Part shown: positions 1 through 11,985 of the stretch, piece after piece
Layout of the letters: every line of letters begins with the position of its first letter
Numbering within the stretch: position 1 is the first letter of the stretch
The notes under the pieces: model-generated
Database searches by the model: none
Seen by the model: the letters and a program-made list of their open reading frames with translations, nothing else
What the model was told of the DNA's origin: nothing
Origin: Squalus acanthias
Taxonomy: Eukaryota
DNA length: 64,000 bases
Assembly: GCA_030390025.1 (NCBI GenBank)
Contig: CM059425.1
Span: 71,734,001 to 71,798,000 of the forward strand
Direction: 5' to 3'
Position numbers and translations under genes: made by a program

Positions 1-548
1 ACCACACGTTTTTCCTTTTGATAGCTGTGGGGGAACAAGTGCCCAATGAAAGCATAGGGTTAAAAACAATGGGGTAGAAATCCAACTTGGGCGCTAATAC
101 AAAATGGTGGGTAGCACATCAGCTACCGGTGATTGTCCACCACCATTTTTGACTAGTTGTGGAAGGGCTTTGCTCTGTTCCGTTGATTGTGGGACCACTT
201 AACTGTGCTTTTAGTCAGCTGCTTTTGGTGTTTAGCCCGCAGGCGTTGTAGCTTTACTAGGTTAGTGACTCAATGTAAGGTATGCTTGGTGCTGTTTCTG
301 GCAGGCCTTTCTAAACTCCCCACTGAGCCAGGTCTTGCCTCCTGGCTTGATGGTGATGGAGTAAGGGATATGTCGAGCTGAGGTTACAGATTGTGGTGGT
401 ATACAATTGTGCTGTTACTGATAGCCCGCAGTGCTTTCGCCAGCCTGCTTAGTGGTGGTTATACTTTTGATGACAGACATTGAAGTTTACCACCCAGAGT
501 ACATTCTGTGCCCTTGCTACCCTCAGTGCTTCCTCCAAGTAATATTCA

Positions 549-1658
549 TGATGCGGAGATGCCGGTGTTGGACTGGGGTGGACAAAAGTGAGAAGTCGCA
601 CAACACCAGGTTATAGTCCAACAGTTTTATTTGAAATCACAAGCTTTCGGAGCTGCTGCCCCTTCGTCGGGTGAAGCGAAGGAATACGAATCGGCAAAGC
701 ATATGATTGTGATTTCAAATAAAACTGTTGGGGGGAAAAATTAGGTCGCGCCCCATTTGGGGCGCAAATATCGTCTGGACGCAAATATTAGCGCCTGGCG
801 CTAATTATCGCCACTGACTGGAAACTTCACTTTTACCGCCCCGGGAGGTGAGTGGAGCGCTAAATCAGGCGCTGCACACCTGTCTTAAGGCGCAAAGGCC
901 AAGGAGTGAGGCGCTAACTCAGAGCGCTGGCGAAGCTCATGTAATGTCAGTCAGCAATGGAACACACACACAATGGCATGGGCCAGTTCTTAAAGGGGAT
1001 GGTTAATCTTGCTTTCCATCCACATCCTGTTCATTGCAGCCTTGAATCTCGGCCTGGAGAGACTTGCACATCAAATGTGCTGGAAAGAACAATGGAGAGT
1101 ACCAGGCAAAGAGCTCAGAGTGCAGCTCCCACAGTCTCTGCTAAATCGATACAAGGAATGGCAAATCAAAATGAACCTGCAAAGTGCTGCTCAGTACCCA
1201 AAACTCCTTCACACAACGTTGAATCTCTCCAGAAGTCTCTCCCTCTCTCTCTCAGAATGCGTAGTTCAAAAATGCCACCAACAATAAAAGACAGGAAGAG
1301 GCCCCCTTTAAATAGCGCCCCCCCCAACCCCACAGCGATTGATAGCGTTCCAGTCTTCTGGTCGTTGGATGCGCCAGGCGGTAAGGCAGGGGGCGCCACT
1401 CAATTTCCGCTCCGGGGCGCCACAAGGGCGTTGCACCATGGAATGACGTCACAATCTGCGCGCGCAGGTGGTCGCAGCGGTAAAGTTTAGTGCCGCCGCA
1501 CAATCTCTAGTTAAGTTCCCGAGCGGCGCAAACATCGCTGCGCCCGGGCATTAGCGGCTTTGCGCCCCATTAGCGCCCTCTTAAGGCGCTAACGGGAGGC
1601 GCAACCAACTGAATTTTTACCCCTTGGACTATAACCTGGTGTTGTGTGACTTCTCACT
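549..1658. mobile_element. Fold-back Penelope-like 3'-end element (family B), interrupted by a MITE
   Basis: Arm ...gagaagtcgcacaacaccaggttatagtccaacag... and its reverse complement ...ttggactataacctggtgttgtgtgacttctcac. 13-bp TSD CAAGTAATATTCA at 536-548 and 1659-1671. Confidence 0.8.
731..1623. mobile_element. Non-autonomous PIF/Harbinger-type element (MITE)
   Basis: TIR GGGGGAAAAATT / AATTTTTACCCC, 3-bp TSD TTG (728-730, 1624-1626), GC-rich subterminal gcgc motifs. Related to 45916-46661. Confidence 0.75.
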
Positions 1659-2214
1659 CAAGTAATATTCAACATGGAAGAGTACGGATTCATCAGTTCA
1701 GATGGGGATATGGCAGGTAATAATCAGCAGAAGATTTCCTGTGCCTTGTTTGACTTGAAGGCTTTTGATTTTGTGGGATCCAGAGTCAATGCTGAGGACT
1801 CCCCAGGGCCAAGCCCACATGACTTGATACCACTGTGCCCCACCTATGCCGATGGGACAGGACATGCCCAGCGATGATGATGGAGGAGTCTGGGATGTTG
1901 GATGATAGATTTAACTCTGAGTATGACTAGAGAGTCAGGCTGTTGCTTAACTAGTCAATCTGATAGCTTTTCCAACTTGGGCACCAGTTCCCAGATGTTG
2001 GTGAAGAGGACTTTGCAGGGTTGACTGGCTGCGATTGCCTGAGTCTTTTCCTGATCCAAAGCCTGGGTTGTTTGCAATAGGCACTGGCTATTTATAGAAG
2101 AATCTCTGCTTTTTTTTGTTTTTTCTATCTTTATCTCTGGCTTTCATTTTCTCCACAAATGACTGAGGTGGAATTATAATTGAATATGTTTGTTATCAAT
2201 CCTGCTTCAGATCC

Positions 2215-2358
2215 AAAAGCAAAATACTGCGGATGCTGGAAATCTGAAATAAAAGCAGAAAATGCTGGAAATACCCAGCAGGTCAGGCAGCATCTGTGGA
2301 GAGAGAAACAGAGTTAACGTTTCAGGTCAATGACCTTTCGTCAGTTCTGCGTTTCCCT
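2215..2358 (-). mobile_element. Penelope-like 3' end (family A) with hammerhead core
   Basis: Reverse complement matches the PLE tail at 41990-42090. Minus strand reads CTGACGAaaggtcattgacctGAAAcgttaac. Flanking direct repeat TTCAGATCC at 2206-2214 and 2359-2367. Confidence 0.8.
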
Positions 2359-3560
2359 TTCAGATCCCCTCGGCCTTCAGCCCACAAAATTCAGCTGAAT
2401 AGTTAAGAATTCACGTTAAAAATTGAATCGATTTGAGATCATACAATATACTGTTTCTGGGGCTATAGGAACATAGATATGAGAGTGAGGGAGCCCTTTC
2501 AGAATATGTAGAAGTCCTTTGAATAGAATCCTAATCAAGTTGCCTTCATTATAAAGGCATATGTTGGATGGGATGAATGTCCTTTTCTGTTCTTCACCTT
2601 GTATCTTAATTTCCCATTGCAAACAGACAATTTGAAACTGAAAAAGATGGCATAAAGTAGATAACATGAAATCTTTAATAAGGTGTCATTTTTCACAGAG
2701 GGTATATGATGTGGGGAATTTTTTACACCTTTCACTGTAATTGCATAGATACACAGGGGAAGAACATTTAACCTACTCATTTCACCTACTCATTGATGCC
2801 ATATTTAGCACCTGTTTGTACTCTATATTGTAACCAGTTGGCAGCTAAACCCGAACATTCCTGTCATCACAAAATGATTTTCTGTTAGTTGTTGCTCTAC
2901 TTACTTATTTCCAACTGACTGACAGCTTCTTAGGTATATACAGAACATGGGTAGGAGCACGTAACTTCACTTATGTCAGAATAGAACTACTATGTTGTAC
3001 CTGCCACAGATGTGAACCTGCCAATTACTAAGGGGCCAGAATATTTGCTACACTTTTTCTCTTTTTGATAAAAATTGTCGGCCTCCTGGAATGATGCTGT
3101 CAGACATTAGCGAGAAGTTGTCAGCTGGGATGGTAGTAGGGGCTGCAAAAATTGGCCTTAGCATTCGTGAGCTAGGAAGGGGAGAATCAGCCAGGGTTCC
3201 TATTCCTGATTGTTATTAAGTGACTCCTGCTGGAAGCTCCACATCTATGGGTATTTGGTGATGACTTCATTGCGCTTGTCGGTAATGCCTCCCAACAGTC
3301 CAGTAGCCTATAGTACACACTGTCGGAGCTCATACAAGAAGAATGGCCACAAGATATCAGAGAGCACTAGCTGCCCATGGAGCTATACCCAAGCAGGAGT
3401 CGCAGCTTCAGGAGAAGGGGTTAGGGGAATGAAAAGCTGTTGCAGTCAGAATTGCAATGTTCAATAAATTGGAGAGAGTTACTAACAGCCTTGCAAATCA
3501 CAAGATGATGTGAAGACCAGTCTCTATAACAGGTAGCAGACACTCAAGAAAAACACCAAC

Positions 3561-3677
3561 CTTATTAACTTCATGAGGGACACAAGCGCTTGTTTCTTTG
3601 AGTCTGGAGATCGAGCTGTGACACAAACCTCCAACCACCGCCATTAGTGTATTAAAGTTCTGCAGCTGCTGGAGTTT
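3561..3677 (-). CDS. RASGRP1: RASGRP1 coding exon (human exon 8 equivalent); gene continues below coordinate 1
   Basis: cacag|[39 protein letters not shown]|gttggt. 117 nt. Contains the RasGEF [12 protein letters not shown] motif. Confidence 0.95.
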
Positions 3678-4181
3678 CTGTGGAGAAGGTAAAATGACAA
3701 TGCATTCTGAATCAAAACAAGAAGAATGGCATAGCAAGGAATGATTCAGATCTACTATACTGCAACCCATAATTAACATCTCCACCTGGATTCAAAACAG
3801 TAAAATATATAATCTATTGAAATACTTAAGAGTACATATTTTCCTCTGTGTGTAAAGTTAAAGAAAAGTTCCCTTGCTAAGTTATAATTAGGAACCAATG
3901 ACAATTTAATCTTTTATCTTTTGTTGAAATCTTTGTTTGGACAGTGTTCTTCATAGTTTTATATTTTGTACTTGGTTCTCTAAGTTGCAGGAGTTTCAGA
4001 CTCAATGTGATCTGCCACTTTATTCTTAAGCTGCTAATAAATAATAATGAATAACGCTGCTGCAAGTGTAACCTTGGACCATTACAGTGTCTCAGAATAT
4101 CTGATGATACAGCCAAAACATGGATAAATCAAATTTTAATTTGATTTCTTTGTCTCATTCTATCAATATCCATCTGTGAAA

Positions 4182-5300
4182 CAAAATTAGGGCTCATAGG
4201 ATTGGGGGTAATATACTAGCATGGATTGAGGATTACTAAACGGACAGAAAACAGAGAGTAGGAATAAATGGGTCATTTTCAGGTTGGCAGGCTGTAACCA
4301 GTGGGGTAGCACAAGGATCAGTGCTTGAGCCTCAGCTATTCACAATCTATAGCAATGATTTGGATGAGGGGACCAAATGTAATATATCCAAGTTTGATGA
4401 TGATACAAAGCTGGGTGGGAATGTAAGTTGTGAGGAGGATGCAAAGAGGCTTCAAGGGGATATAGACAGGCTAAGAGAGTGGGCAAGAACATGGCAAATG
4501 GAATATAATGTGGATAAATGTGAAGTTATCCACTTTAGTAGGAAAAATACAAAAGCAGAGTATTTTTTAAATGGTGAGAGATTGGGAAATGTTGGTGTTC
4601 AGAGGGGCCTGGGTGTCCTTGTACACGAATCACTGAAAGTTAACATGCAGGTACAGCAAGCAATTGGGAAAGCAAATGGTATGATGGCCTTTATTACAAG
4701 AGGATTTGAGTATAAGAGTAAAGATGTCTTACTGCAATTATATAGGGCCCTGGTGAGACCACACCTGGAGTATTGTGTACAGTTTTGGTCTCCTTACCTA
4801 AGGAAGGATATACTTGCCATAGAGGGAGTGCAACGAAGGTTCACCAGACTGGTTCCTGGGATGGGGGGATTGTTCTATGAGGAGATATTGAGTAGACTAG
4901 GCCTATATTCTCTAGCGTTTAGAAGAATGAGAGGTAATCTCATTGAAACATACAAAATTCTTACAGGGCTTGACAGGGTAGATGCAGGGAGGATGTTTCC
5001 CCTGGCTGGGGAGTCTAGAACCAGGGGTCTCAGAATAAGGGGTTGACCATTTAGGACTGAGATGAGGAGAAATTTCTTCACTCAGAGGGTGGTGAATCTT
5101 TGGAATTCTCTACCCCAGAGGGCTGTGGAGGCTCAGTCATTGAGTATATTAAAGACAGAGATCGATAGATTTTTGGATATTTAGGGAATCAAGGGATATG
5201 GGGATAGTGCGGGAAGGTGGAGTTGAGGTAGAAGATCTTATTAAATGGCGGAGCAGGCTCGAGGGGCCAAATGGCCTACTCCTGCTCCTACGTTCTTATG
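4182..5300 (+). mobile_element. CR1 LINE, 5'-truncated (RT C-terminus + 3' UTR)
   Basis: ORF 4321..5046 has CR1 ORF2 motifs (SKF-DDTK, LVRPHLEYCVQFWSP, RRMRGNLIETYKI). Tail ggcctactcctgctcct...ttcttatg. Confidence 0.92.
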
Positions 5301-5485
5301 TGATGCACATATATGGGGAACCAGTAAAACAAACTGGATTTGCGATTTTAATTACCTCATTGACTACTGGGTTAATAAGGAAGCATTGTATACTCACAAA
5401 ATATTCTAATTATTTACTGTGACAGTAATGGTGTCCAGACAACACTAACTGCATATTTGGCAAGAGGCACTAGTACAATCCATAC

Positions 5486-5659
5486 CTGAGCCACACGAAT
5501 AAACTTGGTGAAGACTTCAGCACGTAGCTGTGGTGTCGGTCTGCTGAGAACCATAAGCTGGACCCACTGTGAGATGCCATTACACAAAGCAACAGAGCGT
5601 TCCATTGTGGGATTGTCCTTTACACAGCCAGTCAACACATAATTCTGATAATCTGAAAA
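5486..5659 (-). CDS. RASGRP1: RASGRP1 coding exon (human exon 7 equivalent)
   Basis: ccag|[58 protein letters not shown]|gtatgg. 174 nt. Overlaps track ORF 5414..5638. Confidence 0.95.
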
Positions 5660-6072
5660 CTGGACAAAGCAAAGTCCAGTTATATTCTGGTTATTATCAA
5701 TTCATACTTGTTTCATCCTGCCTTTATACTGCAAAACGGCTTCTAATTGAAGTGCGCAGTTGTTGAAGTCACAATCACAGCTAATTGTTTGGCCATGGAC
5801 CTTCCCATATATGACAAGAGGATCTGTACAGCTCAACAATATAAAAACACGCACTAACTAAACTTCCTGAGCACTCCACCAACCAGCAGTCAGAAAAAAA
5901 TTATGTCCACTATCATTGCTCATGGCTGGTCATGTTTTCTGTTAATGGCAAAGTGTCACCGGCGATGTACCATTAACCATCCCTTAAGGTGGTACTGAAG
6001 GTACAAGTGATGCCTTGTATATTACAGCATTTCTAGGCTGCCTGTGGAGGGACCACTGTAATATAATGCTGG

Positions 6073-6533
6073 GTGTCAGCCATGGCTCAGTGGTAACTTT
6101 CGCGATTCTGAGTCAGAAGGTTGTGGGTTCAAGCCCCGCTCCAGAGACTTGTAAGCCCCATTCCAGAGCACATAATGTAGCTGAGTCGTCAGTGCAGTAC
6201 TAAGGGACTGCATTGCCAGAGGTGCCGTCTTTCGAATGAGATGTTAAACCATCAGCCCTCTCAGGTGGACGTAAAAGATCCCAGGTCACTACTTGAAGAG
6301 GGGATGGGGAGTTCTCCCAGTGTCCTGGCCAGCATTTTCCCCTCAGCAACACCTAAAAGAGATGATCTGATCATTTATTCCTTTGTTGTTTGTGGGATCT
6401 TGCTGTGCACAAATTGGCTGCCACATTTCCTACATTACAATAGAGACTACACTAGAAAAATTACTTCATTGGCTGTCATTGCTTTGGGTTGACCGGAGAT
6501 CATGGAAGGCGCTCTATAAATGCAAAATCTTTC
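6073..6533 (+). mobile_element. tRNA-derived SINE with Deu-type core (SacSINE1-like)
   Basis: A box tggctcagtgg, B box ggttcaagcc, central core shared with 7 other copies, tail ...ataaatgcaa..tcttt. Confidence 0.8.
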
Positions 6534-7291
6534 TTATAAGGATGTATCCGCACACCATTTTTAGTGTCACTGTGAAGCAGAAACAATAAAGATGGTGTGT
6601 AACCAAGGCCAATGGCAGATTGATACGATCTCCTGTCTCAACAGTGGAATGCCCAGTGCATGGTGGCTTCACACCCGACCTGCGGGTTTCAGACCACAGT
6701 GTAAACACGCTCGTCTGCAGTTCGGGTCCCAAAGGGCAAAGTTCAGCAGGGCTCGGGAGGAGGAAAATAATAATGCCTCAAATTGTTCCCCAATCGGTTG
6801 TATTTTCTGGAGATAATGTGAAAAATATTTTTCATTGCTGCAAAATTACCCAAATTGTTTGTGCGCATGTATTGTCACCATGGAAACATAAAGATGTCAC
6901 CTGGCTAAGAAATCACTGAGCATTCAGATGGGATTTTGGAGGTGCCAATATGAACCGATCCTTGAAACCCGAAGTGAAGTTGGGAGAGATTCACTCCAAG
7001 TTTGATTGATGGAGTGTGAATGCACCGTAAATGGAGTGCATGGATCATTGTCTTCACACTTGCGCTGGTGTTGTCAGCTTTGTCAGAATTTAATGGATTT
7101 CTCACACACCATCAATCATTTCAGTATCTAGCACAATTTCTTACTTTGTAATTTATTTGTAAGTGTGTGGGGCTTAAATGAAGAGTTTATCTTTTTTCAA
7201 TATGATAAAGTGGAGACATCATTTTTAAACAGAGATATCTGATCTTAGCACTTTCCCGCCAAGACCTTAGTATAGTTGACAGCGCACTTAC

Positions 7292-7445
7292 TGAAATCCT
7301 GCGGAAGGACTTGAACTCGAGGTAGGTTAGGTGTTCAGCCAGCTCTCCTGGCTCCAAGTGATCAAATAGAAGGGAAACTTTTCGTTTTTTGCTACAGTTT
7401 GGTTTTATCCGCTGAGTGATTTTCCGGGACCAGTCATGTGTATTT
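7292..7445 (-). CDS. RASGRP1: RASGRP1 coding exon (human exon 6 equivalent, start of CDC25 RasGEF domain)
   Basis: gacag|A AAT ACA CAT... [51 protein letters not shown], donor |gtaagt. 154 nt. Confidence 0.95.
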
Positions 7446-8864
7446 CTGTCAGATAAACAAAAAGAGGTCTAGTCGCTGCTTCCAAAAATGTTCACCATAC
7501 TAGGCAAGATGGGGCACGTATTAGAGTGCCCTGTCACCTGTTCTGTATTTCTGAGAATCTGGTTTCTTGTCTGCACCATGATAATGAAATACCCTTGCTG
7601 CTCTCCCCATATCTTAGATCGATATCTCTTTCTGTTCCATTGGAATCTCTATATTCTTGTCTACCTATCTCTGACTGTCTTCCTTTACTGTATATTCCTC
7701 CTCAAGTCTACGCTTACCTGTCTGCTGATCTCATACCAGGTTCAAACTCCTAATGATTCACTGAATTGAGTAATCCTTCTTCCATCCATTCCAATGCTAG
7801 GAAAGTCCCTCCCTGTGTTTCTGGCTGTTTCCTTATCTATAATGATGCCATTTGATACAGCTGCTCCCATTACTTCAGTAAAACCACTCGGGTGAGTGCT
7901 GTGGGGCTGTAATTTTACAATCTTACATGGAATAGCAAGGGACACAATGTTTTATAGGATTGGAAAATCCCAGCCCTGCAACAGTCATAGAAATATTTTG
8001 TTGGAGGATCATGAGGCTGTGTTTTAATAGTAAGAAGGCAGTCCGGAAATTGGAATCGATTTGCCCAGATAAAGACCAGGCAGTGGGGATTCCCAACACA
8101 GTCTTTGACAGGATATAGAGGTAGTTTGAAACCGCAGAACAGGTAATTCTGGTAGCTAACAATTTTCAGTACATTCACAATATTAAATGAGAGATTATTT
8201 ATATGAGTAATTGACGTTTGGAGTCTCTGTTCTCTAAACTTCTATCTTTCTTAAAGCATTGGAGAATAACTTAAACAAATTGTGATCATTTTTGTTGCTT
8301 TCCACATGATTTACAGCCAATTAAAACTAATATAAACTGGGGACTGGGTGAGACACTGGTTGAGCACAATATCATTTTACTTCTGGAATCTGAGTTACAA
8401 TATAGTCGCACTGATGAGATGAAAGTCACCTCTCTCTGACAGCTCTAGATTCCTCTGAAATGACCCAGTCGCTAATAGACATGGGCCCAAGGCACAAAAC
8501 TGCTTATAATTCATCAATATCAAAGAAGCCACAGGAATATCTGATGCTGGGAATGGAAAAAAAATCCCCAATGAGGGGAGGGGTACTGTTCTGAGGATGG
8601 AGTTAAGTCACCTTGTTAGGGCAAATAGATTGACTTTTCTTTGCAACCAGGAGACCTTTACCTTAATGTCGATGCTGTGTGCAAAAATGGAAAAAATGTT
8701 GCATTTCTCAACACTAACATCACTCCCCTTCCCCAACTGTATCCTAATTCTTCCACCCATTGATAGCTTCTGGCAGCTTATGGTTTTCAAAATCACCAAT
8801 AGTCCAGAAACCATCCAAAGACCTCAGGAAGTTTTAGGAGATCCTGGGGGTAATTTTAACCACA

Positions 8865-9245
8865 AAAAAAGGAGGGTTGGGGTCGGGTTGGATGTTAAAA
8901 TTTTAAAAATCTCAAACTCAACCAGCCCACTTCTGGTTTTAACGGAGGCGGGACGAGGGTCGGGCAACTAACCCGCTCCCAGGATGCAGGTTGGCCATTT
9001 AAATATTATAATGAGGTTGTATGTCTCATAACCTAGCAGCTAAAGGGAGGTGAGGACTGCTTAGTGTAAAAGGTAAGTGCCTTTAATGCACAGCTTGTGG
9101 GCCAATAGCAGCAGGAGTGCTTCCTCCCGGGCCACCAAGCTTACCTTCTTCCCTGCCCGCCATCGGACCTCCCACCGCGATCGGAGCTCCCGGGAGTGGG
9201 GATCGGACCCCCGCAGATCGGCCACCACATCCCCCCCCCCCTCCA
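8865..9245. mobile_element. Partial Harbinger-derived MITE
   Basis: GC-rich island beginning ggggtaattttaacc. Internal motifs resemble the element at 42096-42699. No second TIR seen. Confidence 0.45.
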
Positions 9246-9588
9246 CAATCACTGATATGTAAAGTCATTACTTCTTTAATAATGAACTTGGTTACTGCAA
9301 GTTCTTTCTTGCTAGAAAACAGTGAGACAAAGCATATGATCAAGTTTATTTTCAAACATGCAGTAACCTGTATGATGCTGCTGCTCTATAAAGTTAGAAT
9401 TCATAGATTAGTGACTGTTTGAGAAATATCGGGTTGCAATTTTCCCCCCAATTTTCTCCCTTACACTTCACCTCCATTCCTGAACACGCACTATTAAAAC
9501 AAATGTAATAGTTCTGGTGCTAAGTTGATAGTTTTGCTAATGGAATTGTTTCTTATGGGAATGGAATAGAAATGGTTTTTTTTCTTAC

Positions 9589-9720
9589 ATCTGTGAGGTG
9601 TCGATAAATCGGGAGTGGGACTCTTCACCATTCTTTCTCACCAGTTCCTGAAAATGTTCCATTGTTTCGGAAAGACTGTTGTCCATTTTAAACATAATCC
9701 AGAACTCTGTTATCCAGTAC
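9589..9720 (-). CDS. RASGRP1: RASGRP1 coding exon (human exon 5 equivalent)
   Basis: ttgcag|G TAC TGG ATA... [43 protein letters not shown](I), donor AT|gtaag. 132 nt. Confidence 0.94.
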
Positions 9721-10172
9721 CTGCAATAGAAACCCTGTAACTATTAACTTTCAATGTAATAGAAGCAATAATGCCTATATTTTATTAATTTATATCAATT
9801 CATATATCAATGTGGAGAGACATTTCTCTGATTTGTCCCATTGATACACCTCTTACTAAAAACTATAAACTTATTTATAACAGAAAAAAATCTCGATACA
9901 ACACCTTCTCTAGTTATATTACAGGTACTAGTCTCAGGACAATACCTACATAGTGTGATACAGGGCTGACAGAAAGGGCTAATGCTGCCAGCTCCACATC
10001 ACTCTCATCCAGCTGAACTTTTTCAACTTGACAGCACACTGGACTGCAGTAATACTGCAGTTGATGTGAAGTCCAAGTTGCATGAGACTATCCCCGATGG
10101 TAGTCTCATACCTCTTGCATTTAGAGTGGTTGGGAGTCAGATGGCTGATTTGATCTTTGGAAAAAACACATT

Positions 10173-11985
10173 GGCTGGAATTTTGCCTACCTGGGTGGGT
10201 CCGGTGTGGGCGGTGTCCGTGACGGGTCGTGACCCCGCTGCTGGCTCCATCCCGCTGTTGAAAATGAACTTATCTTAATGGGGCCTATTAAGCTCGTCCA
10301 GCGCATTACCCGGCCCAATTAGATGGAGCGGATCTGGTGACGTCATTCATGACGCATTTTCAGCCGGGATCTTTAAAGGGACCATGGCCACATTACATTT
10401 GAAGTTTAATCTAACATAGTGCTGTCAGTGCACTACAGCATTGGAGCACTGCACACACTGACAATGACTGCACAGAGGCAGAGGGCTGGACCCAGGTTCT
10501 CCCATGACTCCCTCCATATGCTTATGGAGGGAATCAGAGCACGCAGGGAGGTCCTCTTCCCTTCCGATGGGCGGAAGAGACTGCCCCAGGAGATCAAGAC
10601 AGCCTGGTTGCAGATTGCAGAGGAGGTCACAAGCAGGGATGTGGTCAGGAGGACCTGGGTGCAGTGCTGCAAACTTTTCAATGTTTTCATTAGATCAGGA
10701 AACGTTAGTACAAAGCCACACTCAACTGCATTCTGCTGTGCCTCTCATCACATCCCCATCACTCTGCCTTCCCTACCCTACTCCTGCACATCCTCTCACA
10801 CCAACATACCTTGCACTTCCACCCATCGCTCTCTCTCTATCTACATCATCACATCCCCATCTCACTAGCCACCCCTCACACTCACCTTCATCCTGGTGCA
10901 ATCATACCAATTAGCAACACACAAGCGTAGCCACTTGGGTGTTTTATCCAATGTTTATGTAAAGTTTCTGTTAATGTGGCATCAAACATAAAAATCTTTA
11001 TTTTCAACACTTTCCGGTCTTGGGCAGATTTGTGTGCACCTTTGGAAGTGGCTTAGTGAGTTGCAGTGAATGGTGAGACATAACAGTACCCAGCGCAATG
11101 GTGATGAAAAAGGAAATAAAAGATGAGTGTGAAAGGAATGGCTTGGTCATTGTAGGGATGCTTTATGGTGTTGGGGTGGGGTGGTGCCAACCTGGCGTAT
11201 CATGTGGTAGCCATATGGGTGTACAGCGTAAAGTTAACTAAATCTGGCCATGATGAGGCCATCCCTGGCCTCCTGGGCAGCAATGTGCTCGGGTGCTGAT
11301 GCCCTGTGTCCTGTGCAGCATCAGGTGATTGCAGAGAAGGTTGGTGTTATTGTTGGTGTTGCTGGTGTGCCTGGTGCTGCTGGTGTTGGGGCTCATCGTG
11401 GTCCGATTCTGAGCTCCAAGGTGAGACAGTATAAACAGCACCCATGTTGATGGAATAGATGGCAGGTGAAGTACAGATGATAGAAGCATTCTGTCAATGG
11501 TGAGAGGTTCTTCCAATGAGGTGACACTGGATGGAGACTTTGCTGGAAAGACTTGCAGCCTGCAGAATCTGTGCTGGAAATGGACTGAGCAACAGCTTCT
11601 GCCTGAGGAAAGTCATCATCTGTCAGGTGGGAGCTTTTACTGTACATTTGATGCTGTCAAGTAATCAGCTGGAGCAATGGCCACGGAACTCACGCCTCAG
11701 GTTGACAGACGTGGTTCCCGAGCTGCGTGAATCCCGTGGCCATGCAGGGAAATTTAAATAGTAAGTGAGAAAAAGGCTCTTAAGTGCCTGTAAACTACCT
11801 GATAATGATTTCAATTGGGTCGCCCGCCGCTGCCGGTCGGGTCGGCTCCGCGATGACAGACGCTCCTGGGGGAAAGGCGCGTGGGAGCGAGATGACGGCG
11901 GGTTCCTGACCCGCTGTCAAAAATAACAACTTTCCCACCGACCCGCCACCGATGGTGCCCACTACCACCCCGGAAAATTCCAGCC
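10173..11985 (+). mobile_element. Non-autonomous PIF/Harbinger element retaining a Myb/SANT-like exon
   Basis: Perfect 12-bp TIR GGCTGGAATTTT/AAAATTCCAGCC, TSD ATT. ORF from 10463 MTAQRQRAGPRFSHDSLHMLMEGIRARREVLF...WLQIAEEVTS...RTWVQCCKLFN is a Myb/SANT-like (trihelix) domain. Confidence 0.85.

Larger units (their letters stand above)
241..1990 (-). mobile_element. Degenerate antisense LINE fragment (same family as 46728-48970), interrupted at 549-1658
   Basis: 241-330 is reverse-complement similar to 46990-47060. The sequence resumes after the nested insertions at 1672. Boundaries approximate. Confidence 0.55.

Noticed and set aside
957-1490. 177-aa ORF
   Set aside because: Inside a MITE, no recognisable domain, and overlapping ORFs in several frames indicate GC-rich noise.
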